DNA of 64,000 nucleotides from an uncultured Alphaproteobacteria bacterium (GCA_944389265.1 CALXLS010000001.1:151419-215418); one strand, 5' to 3'; shown: positions 1-10,756, counted from the stretch's first letter. The notes: generated by a model from the sequence alone, not told the origin. Translations and numbers: made by a program.

Positions 1-939
1 TATGTTGATAAATATTTTTCTGCAGATGCCAAAGAACGTATGCAACAATTAGTTAAAAATCTACAACGCGCATATGCAATCAGAATTAAAAACCTTGATT
101 GGATGTCAAAAGAAACAAAAGAAAAAGCATTAGAAAAACTTGATACATTTAAAGCAAAAATTGGATATCCAGATAAATGGCGCGATTATTCTAAACTAGA
201 AATAAGTGCAGACAAATCGTTATGGGATAATATGGTAAATGTTTCCAAGTTCGAAGACGCCTTTTGGTTGGATAAAATTGGTAAAAAGAAAGACCCAACA
301 ATCTGGTATATGAACGCACATGAAATAAATGCTTATTATGACCCATCTACAAACGAGATTTGCTTTCCTGCCGGGATTCTGCAACCGCCTTTCTTTGATA
401 TGTCTGCAGATGACGCATTCAACTACGGTGCAATTGGAAGCGTAATCGGGCATGAAATGACCCACGGTTTCGATGATTCTGGTCGTCAATTTGATAAAGA
501 CGGAAATTTGAAAGACTGGTGGACTGCAGATGACGCGCGCGGTTTTGAGGTACGTGCAAATGTCTTGAAAGAATTTTTCAACAAAATAGAGATTGCACCA
601 GGCATACATGCAAACGGCGAATTCACACTGGGCGAAAATTTGGCTGACTATGGTGGTGTCACAATATCCTTTACTGCATATAAAAACTTCGGTGTACAGA
701 CCAATGAAGTAGAAGGACTTAGCGCAGACCAAAGATTCTTTATCGCATATGCCGGTGCTTGGGCACAAAATATGCGCGACGAAGAAGTGCTGCGCCTGAC
801 AAAAATGGACGAACATTCGCTGGGCAAATGGCGCGTTAATGGAATATTACCACATATAAGCGCATGGTACGAAGCATTTAATATACAGCCAGATGCAAAG
901 TTATATGTAGCACCAGAAAATCGTATAACCTTATGGTAA
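1..939 (+). CDS. M13 family metallo-endopeptidase (PepO/neprilysin-like), 5'-truncated by window edge
   Basis: Frame is open from base 1 (YVDKYFSADAKERM...). Motifs INAYY, FPAGILQPPFF, HEMTH (HExxH zinc site) and GENLAD. Confidence 0.93.
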   Translation, partial: YVDKYFSADAKERMQQLVKNLQRAYAIRIKNLDWMSKETKEKALEKLDTFKAKIGYPDKWRDYSKLEISADKSLWDNMVNVSKFEDAFWLDKIGKKKDPTIWYMNAHEINAYYDPSTNEICFPAGILQPPFFDMSADDAFNYGAIGSVIGHEMTHGFDDSGRQFDKDGNLKDWWTADDARGFEVRANVLKEFFNKIEIAPGIHANGEFTLGENLADYGGVTISFTAYKNFGVQTNEVEGLSADQRFFIAYAGAWAQNMRDEEVLRLTKMDEHSLGKWRVNGILPHISAWYEAFNIQPDAKLYVAPENRITLW

Positions 940-965
940 AAAAGCCGGCAAATGCCGGTTTTTTT
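940..965. terminator. Intrinsic terminator hairpin
   Basis: aaaagccggca-aa-tgccggtttttt directly after the peptidase stop. Confidence 0.8.
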
Positions 966-1007
966 ATTTCATCACAAGCCCACAAAAAAATAAATCTTGT
1001 CGCTAAT

Positions 1008-1037
1008 AAAAAACACCGGTAAATACCGGTGTTTTTT
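1008..1037. terminator. Bidirectional intrinsic terminator after ihfA
   Basis: aaaaaacaccggt-aaat-accggtgtttttt. Confidence 0.8.
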
Positions 1038-1323
1038 ATTGTTCTGCAACGCGCTTTCTAAATTCGTTACTTGGTCTGAACGACGCTACCCTGCGCGCAC
1101 TAATTACCGCAGGTTCACCTGTTTTAGGATTACGTCCCATTCTTTGTGCCTTGGTTAAAATCTTAAAACTTCCAAAGCCGGCGAATTTAACTTCTTCACC
1201 ATGAATTAACGATTCACGAATTTCATCAAAAACTATATCAACTAATTTATATGCGTCCGCAGTCGTCAAACCAAAACGTTCGCGTAATCGATTTGCAAAA
1301 TCACTTCTTGTTATTGTTGCCAT
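1036..1323 (-). CDS. ihfA: Integration host factor alpha (HU/IHF family)
   Basis: VKFAGFGSF and GRNPKTGE motifs; directly downstream of fabH, as is typical in alphaproteobacteria. Confidence 0.85.
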   Translation of the reverse strand: MATITRSDFANRLRERFGLTTADAYKLVDIVFDEIRESLIHGEEVKFAGFGSFKILTKAQRMGRNPKTGEPAVISARRVASFRPSNEFRKRVAEQ

Positions 1324-1326
1324 TTC

Positions 1327-2265
1327 TTACACCCTTATTAAAGCCGCACCCCATGTCAACCCACTACCAAACGCAGGATACAATATTAATTGACCTTTCT
1401 TTATTATACCGTTATCAAATGCATATGATAAAGCCAAAACCCCAGAAGCACCACTTGTATTTGCATGCCTATCGACAGTTACCAAAATCTTTTCTAATGG
1501 GAATCCCAACCTTTCCGCACCACTTTGAATTATACGCAAATTTGCTTGATGCGGAATAATCCAATCAACATTATCTGCGGTAATACCAGCATGTTCCATT
1601 ATATAATTTGCTGCCTCTGGCATTAATGTCACTGCCTTCTTATATGTTTCTGGTCCATTCATTATAATATGATGATCTGGTGAACCATGCAACATATCAA
1701 ATTCTTTACCATCTGACATAACAACGGTATCTATTATACCAGAGTAACTTGATGTGGAATGTTCAAATATCAATGCACCTGCCCCATCACCAAATAATAC
1801 CGCTGTACTTCTATCTTGCCAGTCAATAAACCTTGTCATTTTTTCTGCACCGATAATCATTATTCGATGATGCATACCCGCTGTAAAAAATGCACGCGCA
1901 CAATGCAAAGCATAAATATACCCAGTACAAGCCCCCCGAACATCAAATGCAGGCGCATTATTTGTCGCACCTAAGCGTCCACAAACTTGCACACCAACTG
2001 ATGGGAAATCTAGTTCCGGTGTTGTAGTCGCAACAATTATCAAATCAATGTCATTTATTGTAAGACCCGCATTATCTAGTGCACGTCGTGCAGCGATAGT
2101 AGCCATGTCCGCAACTGTTTCATCATCACGTGCAAAATGACGTTCATGCATACCCGTACGCTGAACAATCCACTCGTCAGAAGTGTCCATTATTTTTTCA
2201 AAATCTTGATTGGTCATAACCCTTTCAGGCAAATAAGACCCATACCCGATAAGTCTGCTTCCCAT
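1327..2265 (-). CDS. fabH: 3-oxoacyl-ACP synthase III
   Basis: GSYLP, ACTG (catalytic Cys), FGDGAGA, PHQAN, HANTS and FGSGLTWG motifs. Start reassigned to MGSRLIG (2265) behind an AAGGAAGG RBS. Confidence 0.95.
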   Translation of the reverse strand: MGSRLIGYGSYLPERVMTNQDFEKIMDTSDEWIVQRTGMHERHFARDDETVADMATIAARRALDNAGLTINDIDLIIVATTTPELDFPSVGVQVCGRLGATNNAPAFDVRGACTGYIYALHCARAFFTAGMHHRIMIIGAEKMTRFIDWQDRSTAVLFGDGAGALIFEHSTSSYSGIIDTVVMSDGKEFDMLHGSPDHHIIMNGPETYKKAVTLMPEAANYIMEHAGITADNVDWIIPHQANLRIIQSGAERLGFPLEKILVTVDRHANTSGASGVLALSYAFDNGIIKKGQLILYPAFGSGLTWGAALIRV

Positions 2266-2350
2266 ACACCTTCCTTTTTTATCTGGGGTATTATACAAGC
2301 CGAGATTACAACTTGCAATATTAAAATCTATGAATAAAATATAGTTCACT

Positions 2351-2426
2351 GTCCCCATAGTTCAACTGGATAGAATAGAGGTTTCCTAAACCTTTGATAC
2401 AGGTTCGATTCCTGTTGGGGATACCA
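2351..2426 (+). tRNA. tRNA-Arg (anticodon CCT)
   Basis: GTCCCCA/TGGGGAT acceptor stem, anticodon arm gaggt-ttCCTaa-acctt, GGTTCGATTCC T-arm, encoded CCA. A TTGCAA-N17-TAAAAT promoter lies upstream. Confidence 0.93.
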
Positions 2427-2445
2427 AAAAACAAAAGATTTCTTC

Positions 2446-2775
2446 ATGAAAAACAAAGCAATAAAAATAGGAATCATCGCAAGCATACTGCCGCATCTTT
2501 TCTGCTGCGTATTGCCAATAGTTTTATCCGTAGTATCTCTTTTCGCACCAGAATTTGCACATGCAGAATTTATACCTCACTGGTTTGAACCTTGGTTATT
2601 TGTATTCTCTGCTGGAATGCTGGTTTTATCTTGGTACCTTGTACTGCGTGACTGCAAGTGCGAATGTGAACATTGTCACGAAAAAGGTGCTCATAAGACA
2701 CAAAAAATTATTCTGGGAATAATAACCGCAATATTTGTTATAAGTATAGTTTTACATATAATCGCACATCATTAA
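2446..2775 (+). CDS. Small membrane protein, MerC/MerT-like putative metal transporter
   Basis: Three hydrophobic segments, HLFCCVLP in TM1 and a CKCECEHCHEKGAH loop. Confidence 0.55.
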   Translation: MKNKAIKIGIIASILPHLFCCVLPIVLSVVSLFAPEFAHAEFIPHWFEPWLFVFSAGMLVLSWYLVLRDCKCECEHCHEKGAHKTQKIILGIITAIFVISIVLHIIAHH

Positions 2776-2860
2776 AAGCCGGCTTTTACCGGCCTTTTTT
2801 ATTTGTTGAACGACCTTATTTTTAGTTCTAAAATTCATTGTAAAAGGTTAAGGATAAAAA

Positions 2861-3946
2861 ATGAAGATATACGAACAAACAGAATTGGACTTTAAAGATG
2901 TCTTGGTTAAACCAAAGCGTTCTTTTATTAACTCTCGTTCAGAAGTTGATATTATTCGCGAATACAAATTTAAATGGTGTCCACGTAAAATTTCTGGCAC
3001 AGGTATTATTACTTCTAACATGGCAACCGTCGGAACATTCGAAATCGCAAAACACATGATGCAAAATAAAATGTTCTGCTGCCTGCATAAACACTACCCT
3101 ATTGAAGAACTTATTAAATTTATAACAGAAAATGATTGTCGTGATTATGTGTTTCTTTCTATGGGGCTGCGCGATGAAGACTATGAAAAAATAGAAAAAA
3201 TACTTACAGAATATCCTGATAAATGCAGAAATATTTGTATTGATGTTCCAAATGCTTATGTCCCACGCGTAAAAGAATTAGTCGTTAAAATGCGTAATAA
3301 ATTCCCAGATATTTTATTAATGGTCGGGAACGCCGTTACTGCAGAACTTGTAGAAGACCTGATTCTTTCCGGTGCAGATATAGTTAAATGTGGAATCGGC
3401 AGTGGAAGTGCTTGTATCACCCGCAGAATTACTGGTGTCGGTCGTCCACAATTATCAACAATCTTTGAATGTGCTGATACCGCACATGGAATCGGCGGCG
3501 CAATTTGCAGTGATGGAGGCGTAGTATATATTGGCGATATATGCAAAGCATTCGGTGCAGGTGCAGACTTTGTTATGATGGGTGGATTTTACGCAGGTTG
3601 TGAAGAAGCAGCAGGCGATATAATTGAAAAAACTTTTCAAACAAACCAAATCGATCCAGAAACAGGAAAACCAATATTAGAAATAAAAAAGTTCAAAGTT
3701 TTCTATGGAATGTCATCTGAATATGCACAGAACAAACATTATCATGGCATGCCCAAATATCGTGCAAGTGAAGGTCGTGTTGTTGAAGTTCCGTTAAAAG
3801 GTTCGATAGACAAAATGAACCAAGATATTCTTGGTGGGCTTCGTTCTTATATGACATACATCGGGGCACGCAGATTAAAAGATGTATCCAAATGCACAAC
3901 ATTTTATAGAGTAAACACTCAATTAAATACAGTGTTTGGGGATTAA
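2861..3946 (+). CDS. guaC: GMP reductase
   Basis: LDFKDVLVKPKRS, SNMATVGTF, GIGSGSACITR, SDGG, FYGMSS, YRASEG and GGLRSYMTYIGA motifs; no CBS domains. Confidence 0.92.
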   Translation: MKIYEQTELDFKDVLVKPKRSFINSRSEVDIIREYKFKWCPRKISGTGIITSNMATVGTFEIAKHMMQNKMFCCLHKHYPIEELIKFITENDCRDYVFLSMGLRDEDYEKIEKILTEYPDKCRNICIDVPNAYVPRVKELVVKMRNKFPDILLMVGNAVTAELVEDLILSGADIVKCGIGSGSACITRRITGVGRPQLSTIFECADTAHGIGGAICSDGGVVYIGDICKAFGAGADFVMMGGFYAGCEEAAGDIIEKTFQTNQIDPETGKPILEIKKFKVFYGMSSEYAQNKHYHGMPKYRASEGRVVEVPLKGSIDKMNQDILGGLRSYMTYIGARRLKDVSKCTTFYRVNTQLNTVFGD

Positions 3947-3996
3947 ATCTCGTTAAAAAACTCCTTGGGAAAAAACTTTATAGACCGAGGAGTTTT

Positions 3997-5169
3997 TTAT
4001 TTAGAAAATTCATCAACTTTCTGTAATCGTATTACTACTTTTTTCTTGTTTTCTAAATAAGACTTTTCTATTTCTTTATTTATTTTTATGCGACGCAATA
4101 CTCCATAAACAGGTATACTAAAAAGCATAAATTCTTTCATATTTTCTTTAAATTCTTTTTTCCATGCAGCGTTTATCAATTCTGATTTTATCTGCACAAT
4201 AGGTTTATTTTTACCGTTTTTATCTTTATATGGCGTCATAATATTCCAATCATAATAACTATGCCATTTCATCATACCATCTTCTTGCATAGATAATTCC
4301 ATACAAAGAGTGTCTTTTGTAAGCCCACCACACTGCATAGACGGATAAAATATTTTATATCCAAATTTATTTTGTGCCGCCCTGCCAATTCGCATTGTCG
4401 GCCCTTCTTCATGAACGACAATTCTTACATCATTTGCATAACAAACATAGAAATACGGAGAAAACAGCATATTCTGAGGTTCAAATTTTAATGTCACACC
4501 ACGAGATTTAAAGAAATCTGGCAATAAAACTTTTTCCTTTGCCATACCTGAATCTATGCAAGCAGACATAATTACAATTTTAGTTGCATCAAATCTTTTA
4601 TCACTTGCAATACAGGATATTAATTCTTTTACACAATCTGCAATTTTTGGTGAATGATATCTATCAATTGATGTACTTAACCTTAATTGCTTTCCTTTTT
4701 CAGCAAGTCCGTTTTGAATCTGCAACAAATCACCTAATATCTCTTCTTTTTTCGGACCTAACACCCATCTGCAATTAGTCTGCAAACAATACACATCTGT
4801 CTTTGATATATCAAATTCTTTAAATAATTTTAACATATAATGCGGTTCCACATCATATATCAAAGACCATTCACCACCTGTCATATAAACAGTTTTTAAT
4901 CTAGAAAAAGAATTTAAATAATATTTCGCATCTTCAACAGATATATAATTCAAAGCCTGATTTGGGCCACTACACTCAAAACAATGCGCGCAATTCTCGT
5001 CACACTTATTTGTGCAACGAAGCCTTATATCAACAGGTGCCAAATTCCACTTTTTTACAAAACGCTTTTTGGAAAATAAATCCATAAACCCATTGTATAA
5101 AGTTTTAAACAATGGCTCTTTTGCTTCATTTTGCCCCAGTTCAGAAATTTTTATTACTTCATCTTTCAT
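3997..5169 (-). CDS. Radical SAM domain protein
   Basis: CxxxCxxC (CDENCAHC) and TGGE motifs. Start moved to MKDEV (5169) to remove the overlap with the PLD gene; TTGACA lies just upstream. Confidence 0.7.
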   Translation of the reverse strand: MKDEVIKISELGQNEAKEPLFKTLYNGFMDLFSKKRFVKKWNLAPVDIRLRCTNKCDENCAHCFECSGPNQALNYISVEDAKYYLNSFSRLKTVYMTGGEWSLIYDVEPHYMLKLFKEFDISKTDVYCLQTNCRWVLGPKKEEILGDLLQIQNGLAEKGKQLRLSTSIDRYHSPKIADCVKELISCIASDKRFDATKIVIMSACIDSGMAKEKVLLPDFFKSRGVTLKFEPQNMLFSPYFYVCYANDVRIVVHEEGPTMRIGRAAQNKFGYKIFYPSMQCGGLTKDTLCMELSMQEDGMMKWHSYYDWNIMTPYKDKNGKNKPIVQIKSELINAAWKKEFKENMKEFMLFSIPVYGVLRRIKINKEIEKSYLENKKKVVIRLQKVDEFSK

Positions 5170-5215
5170 ATAGACAAAAATATCACACAAAGTATTTTTG
5201 TCAACAAAATTTACA

Positions 5216-6802
5216 TCATACAAACTTCTCTGGAACAAGATTTGTGATATTTTTCCATATACGTCTGAATATTGTTGTATCTGGCGATTTATGATATACA
5301 CGCGGTTTTTTATCACCAGGTCTGCTGCCAGTCCAAACAGGTTCACCGTCTTCCATTGTCACACGCCATGAGGTTTTTGTATCCCTGATAATCATTTCAC
5401 GCAACTTATCTGCAAATTCTTTACTTTCAAATATCGCTACATTTTCTGTGTTATAATATGCGCTTCGTGGATCCAAATTAAAACTACCTATCCAAGATAT
5501 ATCATCATCAAAAACTATCGTTTTACTATGCAAAACAGAAAAACTCGACTGATGACGTTCCCTATCATGCTCTTTGCCACGCAAATTTTCTGCAGACAAC
5601 ATAAATTCATAAACTTCTGCGCCAGATTCTATAAGTTTCTTTCTATATTTTTCCCATTTCGCATAAACAGTCGGTGCATTTGTAGAAGCCAAAGAGTTTG
5701 TCACTATTGTCATATGAACACCAGACTTTTCCTCGTGCAACATATGTTCCAATCCGCCCTGTCCTGGCACAAAGTACGCTGCGGACATATATACAGAATC
5801 ATTCGTTTCCTTCCACAAATGTTGCAAGGCCTTGATTATATCACCGTTATATTCCTCTTTTTCTGCCATGGACATTTCAACCTTGGACGGTGGGTCTGCT
5901 AAAAACTTCCCCCTTCCCCAACTAAAATCAAAATTCTTTTTCTCATACTCACGTTGAACAAGTGATATTATTTTGTTATATTGTTTTATATCTTCTTGAC
6001 TTTTCTTTTCTATTTCCTTGAATTTTTTTTCTAACTTCTTCAGTGCTTTTTTAGATTTTGCCTTTGGGAAAACAGACGCAGGAATAGATAAATGATAATT
6101 CCAATAATCATCAAAACTTGCAGTTGCATATTTTGTCATATCCCCTATAAACAATACGTCTGTATCAGAAAAGTTTGACGCAGTTTCAGGATAAAAATAA
6201 TTGCTTCCTACATTTCTACCACCAGTAATATAAGCGATATTATCCACAATAAATAATTTATTGTGCATCCTTGAATTCAAACGATTGAAGTCCAACAGAA
6301 ACTGGGGATAATACAATAATTTTGAGCGATTAGAAACTGTATTAAAAACTTTCACTTCTATATTAGGATGTTGGTTTAACAACATGACATCTACTATGTC
6401 CGATTTTGTTCCGTAATCATCAAGTAAAATACGAACCTTTACACCCCTATCTGCCGCTTTTTTCAATTCACCAATTAATACCTTGGAAGAAAAATCATTA
6501 CTATAAATATATGTTTGTAAATCAATGGTCTTTGTCGCCATACGTGCGAACGCAGCCCTTATAACAAAAGCAGACAACCCGTCTTCTATTAAAGTCGCCC
6601 CACTTATATCTTCCCCACTTTTTAACTCTTTTTTATAACATTTTGCTATTGGTGTTTGCATAGGGTTATAATTAAAATCTGCCTTTGTCACCTTGGGAAC
6701 ATAATTCTGCAATCTTTCATCCTGCATAGTCGTAGGAACCGTCGTGCACCCCATCAACGGTAAAGTAAAAACAAATAAAGAAACCCTCTTCAACCAAGAC
6801 AA
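5216..6802 (-). CDS. Phospholipase D family protein, ClsC/YmdC-like cardiolipin synthase, probable lipoprotein
   Basis: Two HKD motifs (RMHNKLFIVD, LHSKTIVFD), GGRNVG and GSFNLDPRS; LMGC lipobox. Start is uncertain (TTG at 6802 chosen). Confidence 0.85.
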   Translation of the reverse strand: MSWLKRVSLFVFTLPLMGCTTVPTTMQDERLQNYVPKVTKADFNYNPMQTPIAKCYKKELKSGEDISGATLIEDGLSAFVIRAAFARMATKTIDLQTYIYSNDFSSKVLIGELKKAADRGVKVRILLDDYGTKSDIVDVMLLNQHPNIEVKVFNTVSNRSKLLYYPQFLLDFNRLNSRMHNKLFIVDNIAYITGGRNVGSNYFYPETASNFSDTDVLFIGDMTKYATASFDDYWNYHLSIPASVFPKAKSKKALKKLEKKFKEIEKKSQEDIKQYNKIISLVQREYEKKNFDFSWGRGKFLADPPSKVEMSMAEKEEYNGDIIKALQHLWKETNDSVYMSAAYFVPGQGGLEHMLHEEKSGVHMTIVTNSLASTNAPTVYAKWEKYRKKLIESGAEVYEFMLSAENLRGKEHDRERHQSSFSVLHSKTIVFDDDISWIGSFNLDPRSAYYNTENVAIFESKEFADKLREMIIRDTKTSWRVTMEDGEPVWTGSRPGDKKPRVYHKSPDTTIFRRIWKNITNLVPEKFV

Positions 6803-6940
6803 TTTTTTAACCCTTTTGGCTACGATTATAGTATATCTGAAATCAATTTTACAAGTTAAATTCATTAAAAAACTTAACAATCCGAAAAAATCCCTTTAAA
6901 GCACTCTTTTTTAGTATAATAATCTTACAAAGGAGAAAAT

Positions 6941-7966
6941 ATGTCAAAAAGCAAAATAATAATAACCGGCGGATGTGGTTATATAGGTTCTCATACAGCC
7001 GTTGCGCTGCAACAAGCCGGATTCGAAGTTGTAATAATTGACAATTTAATAAACTCTCAAGAAAATGTTTTAACCAGAATTTCTGAAATTACGGGCTTCA
7101 AACCGCAGTTTGAAAAAGTAGATTGCACAAACCCCATTTCTATGAAAGATATTTTTGCAAAAAATAATGATGCTGTGGGTGTTATACATTTTGCGGCTTT
7201 AAAAGCAGTCGGTGAATCTGTAGCCCAACCGATAAAATACTATAAAAACAACATAAATTCTTTGTTAAATGTATTGGAAAGCATGATAGAATTCAAAATT
7301 CCTAATCTAGTATTTTCTTCTTCTGCGTGCGTATATGGCGAACCAGAAAAACTACCCGTCACCGAACAAACCCCTCTACAACCAGCAACATCACCTTATG
7401 GCGCAACAAAAGTGATGGGAGAAAACATAATAAAAGATACAATTCGTGCCCACCCAGAACTTAATGCAACACTACTCAGATATTTTAACCCCATAGGTGC
7501 GCATCCTTCAGGGAAAATAGGCGAACTGCCAAATGGTATTCCTAATAATCTTATGCCATATATAACACAAACTGCCGCGGGCATAAGAGATAAATTAAGT
7601 ATTTTTGGTAACGACTATTCTACACCAGACGGTTACTGCATACGCGACTACATCGATGTAAACGATGTGGCCGATGCACATATTGCTGCAATACAATATA
7701 TGATAAAAAACAAACCAGGCATAGAAACTTTTAACCTTGGTACAGGTCGTGGTCTATCTGTAATAGAACTAATCAAAGCATTTGAATCCGCAAATAACAT
7801 AAAACTTAATTACATTATCGCAGAGCGTCGCCCCGGTGACGTTCCAGAACTGTGGGCAAATGCCAATTTAGCAAACCAAAAACTCGGTTGGAAAGCAAAA
7901 AGAAGCTTGGAAGACACACTAAAATCCGCTTGGCAATGGCAAAAAAACGTATCCGATTTAAAATAG
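6941..7966 (+). CDS. galE: UDP-glucose 4-epimerase
   Basis: TGGCGYIGSH, HFAALKAVGES, FSSSA, YGATK, LRYFNPIGAH and NNLMPY motifs. Confidence 0.95.
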   Translation: MSKSKIIITGGCGYIGSHTAVALQQAGFEVVIIDNLINSQENVLTRISEITGFKPQFEKVDCTNPISMKDIFAKNNDAVGVIHFAALKAVGESVAQPIKYYKNNINSLLNVLESMIEFKIPNLVFSSSACVYGEPEKLPVTEQTPLQPATSPYGATKVMGENIIKDTIRAHPELNATLLRYFNPIGAHPSGKIGELPNGIPNNLMPYITQTAAGIRDKLSIFGNDYSTPDGYCIRDYIDVNDVADAHIAAIQYMIKNKPGIETFNLGTGRGLSVIELIKAFESANNIKLNYIIAERRPGDVPELWANANLANQKLGWKAKRSLEDTLKSAWQWQKNVSDLK

Positions 7967-8066
7967 GATAAAAAATATATAAAACATACGTTTTTTGTCT
8001 ATTTTTTGTTTGCGAGATTTTAGCGAATGTGATAAAATTAAATGTAATAGAAGGGAAGTTTTCGAT

Positions 8067-10121
8067 ATGAAAAGATTTATTGCAGTATTAAGTAGTCTGT
8101 TGGTCTTACCGGCTTTTGCAGAAGTTGCGCCTGCATATTACTATGAAGAAATCATGGAATATGCTGATGAATATGCCGACCCTGTTGCCGCCGAAGAAGA
8201 AGTTGAAACAGAACAAGAAGAAGAAACAAAGGTAGTAACACCTGTTGTTCCTACTGCAGTAAGCCCACGTAATGCAACAGGGCGTGCTGCCGCATCACGC
8301 GCAGTTACAACTTCCACAACAAATTCAGCCAGAAATGTTGCTACACGAAATACAAATTCTACACCTGCACGCGTTGTGACAACTCGTGCTGCAACAACAT
8401 CAGCATCACGTGCAGTACCATCTCGTAACACGACAACTGCTACAAGCAGCCGTCCGTCCACAACTGCACGCACAACAAATCAAACACCAGGTGTAACAGC
8501 AAGAAAAACATCACAAACTTCGAACGCAAATACAGCACGTGCATCTATTGTACAAACAGATACTGTTACAGTTCCTTTATACACAAGCACTGCATCCAGT
8601 TCTGCTTCCGTAAGGGCAAGAGTTCCAACAATTCGCGTCGGTACAACTTCAACAACGACATCTTCTGAAACTTCATCATCTTCATCAAGCATGTCATTGG
8701 ATGAACTTGCACAATTAACAGATTTCTGTAAAGCCCAGTATACTTCCTGTATGGATAATTTCTGTAATGTATTAGACGACAACCAAGGTCGTTGTAGCTG
8801 TAGCGCAAACTTAAAAAATTACGCAGAAACAGAAGAAGCACTGAAACAGGCAACAGAAGAATTGCAAGATGTCGCACAGAAAATTCAATACATCGGTCTG
8901 ACTGCAGACGAAGTAGAAACCCTGTTTACACAGACCGAAGCAGAATTAGAAATGCAACAAACTACTGATAATACTCAGTTGAAAAATGACCTTGATAAAA
9001 TTAAGGGAATGATTATAGATGTACAATCAGGTTCTGCTTCTACTTCTAGCGGGTTAAGTTTGGATTTATCTGGGTTACTAGACTTTACAATTGACAGCAC
9101 CGGATTTAATTTAAGTTCTTTGCTTGGTACCTCTACAGAAAGTATAAGCAACCAACGTGGCGAACAATTATATAAAACTGCTGCCGCACGCTGCAAAGCA
9201 TCTGTATTAAACAGTTGCGCTGCACAAGGCGTAGACACATCTATTATTACAAACGCTTATGATTTAGAAATAGATAAACAATGTATCGTTTATGAACGCA
9301 GCCTAACAGATTCTAATGACCAAATGGCCGCAACTGTAAGAAACGCAAAAAGTGTACTGCAAAAAGCACGTCTTTTGGTTGCACAGCAGAAAAATTCTTA
9401 CGACCTACGCGGTTGCATAAACGCCTTGGATTCATGCATGCAAGACGACTTTGTCTGCGGTGACGATTACGAAAACTGCCTTGACCCAACCGGGAAATAT
9501 ATCGTAAACGGTGAAGTCGTTGTTGGCAGCCAACCAGGTATGCCTAACGACATAGAAGATGGTGCCCTTTATAAAACTTGGGTTTATGAAACAAATAAAA
9601 ACGCTTGGGGTACAGATGTCGATTCTGGCACATTAAGTGACTATATCGAAAAAACAGTCACAACAACATCCGCCCAGTTACCATCTGTATTAATGTCAGA
9701 ATTCTTGCAAAATAAAATCGGTTACCACGATGACAAAGACGGCAAGAATTACGGTATGTGTATGTCTGTTTTGAACAAATGCCAGGATGTCACATATACT
9801 GGTACAGGTCAGAATTTGAAGTACAATCCAACAAATAATGTAATTAAAGAATTCTTGAACCGCACATTGATTCAAATCAAGTCTGCTCAAGATGAAGTTC
9901 TGTCTGAATACGCTGAAAGTTGCATCATGGATGTATCATCCTGCTTGGCTCAGAACAACTATGACGCAGATGCAGCAAGCGGCTCAACAAAGAACAATAT
10001 CGCCATTAACGCATGTAAATCTGTTATAACTTCTTGTATGAGTGTTAATGGAAATGCAGATGCAAGTTCTAACGAAACCTTGAAAAAATGGGTTGAAGAT
10101 ATGTTCGGAACAGGCAACTAA
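8067..10121 (+). CDS. Secreted hypothetical protein: signal peptide, acidic patch, T/S/R/A low-complexity linker and Cys-rich domain
   Basis: MKRFIAVLSSLLVLPAFA signal peptide; long open frame followed by a terminator at 10132-10157. Confidence 0.8.
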   Translation: MKRFIAVLSSLLVLPAFAEVAPAYYYEEIMEYADEYADPVAAEEEVETEQEEETKVVTPVVPTAVSPRNATGRAAASRAVTTSTTNSARNVATRNTNSTPARVVTTRAATTSASRAVPSRNTTTATSSRPSTTARTTNQTPGVTARKTSQTSNANTARASIVQTDTVTVPLYTSTASSSASVRARVPTIRVGTTSTTTSSETSSSSSSMSLDELAQLTDFCKAQYTSCMDNFCNVLDDNQGRCSCSANLKNYAETEEALKQATEELQDVAQKIQYIGLTADEVETLFTQTEAELEMQQTTDNTQLKNDLDKIKGMIIDVQSGSASTSSGLSLDLSGLLDFTIDSTGFNLSSLLGTSTESISNQRGEQLYKTAAARCKASVLNSCAAQGVDTSIITNAYDLEIDKQCIVYERSLTDSNDQMAATVRNAKSVLQKARLLVAQQKNSYDLRGCINALDSCMQDDFVCGDDYENCLDPTGKYIVNGEVVVGSQPGMPNDIEDGALYKTWVYETNKNAWGTDVDSGTLSDYIEKTVTTTSAQLPSVLMSEFLQNKIGYHDDKDGKNYGMCMSVLNKCQDVTYTGTGQNLKYNPTNNVIKEFLNRTLIQIKSAQDEVLSEYAESCIMDVSSCLAQNNYDADAASGSTKNNIAINACKSVITSCMSVNGNADASSNETLKKWVEDMFGTGN

Positions 10122-10254
10122 AAAAAATATCAAAAAACCGCCATTGGCGGTTTTTTTATTATAATAATATAAAAAACTTTCTTCAAAAAATCAGTACCTG
10201 CAAATGACAAAAGCAGAAAAATTCACAAAAGTTTACAAAATATATATTTTAACT

Positions 10255-10701
10255 TTAAGAAAGAATCAAATTTGGACGCACAGAACGCAAATTATTTAAA
10301 GATTTTTCTTGTGCTTTTTTAAATGCCTCTGGATTCCATATCTGAAAACTGTTACCACGCCCAACAAAAACAGCAGTATCCTTGATACCTGCATGCTTTA
10401 ATAAATCCGCAGGAATAACAATACGCCCAGTCACATCAAAAGATAAAGGCCGAGCATCTGCAAACAGCATAGCCGACAAGTCATCTAATTCACTATCAAA
10501 AACACCCATTTTATCAGTGGCGGCTGCTAATTGCTCCATACGCGACATGGACAAGCCTTCGATACAATTATTTGTAAAAGAACGATACAAAACAACACCG
10601 GCAAATCTTTCATTTGCAACAGAAGCCCGAAAGGAGGCAGGTACAGATATACGCCCCTTGGTATCCAAACGATTTTCATAAGATGAGAGAAACAATGACA
10701 T
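10255..10701 (-). CDS. mraZ: MraZ transcriptional regulator
   Basis: Two AbrB-like repeats (LDTKGRISVPASFR, FDVTGRIVIP) and FVGRGNSFQIWNP. Confidence 0.92.
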   Translation of the reverse strand: MSLFLSSYENRLDTKGRISVPASFRASVANERFAGVVLYRSFTNNCIEGLSMSRMEQLAAATDKMGVFDSELDDLSAMLFADARPLSFDVTGRIVIPADLLKHAGIKDTAVFVGRGNSFQIWNPEAFKKAQEKSLNNLRSVRPNLILS

Positions 10702-10756
10702 TTTTACGGTCTTTGTTTTTGGGCATCTGCCCGTTCCCCTTTCCGACTTCGAACAA

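Noticed and set aside
5170-5346. N-terminal extension of the radical SAM ORF overlapping the PLD gene
   Set aside because: A downstream ATG at 5169 with a TTGACA just upstream removes the overlap.
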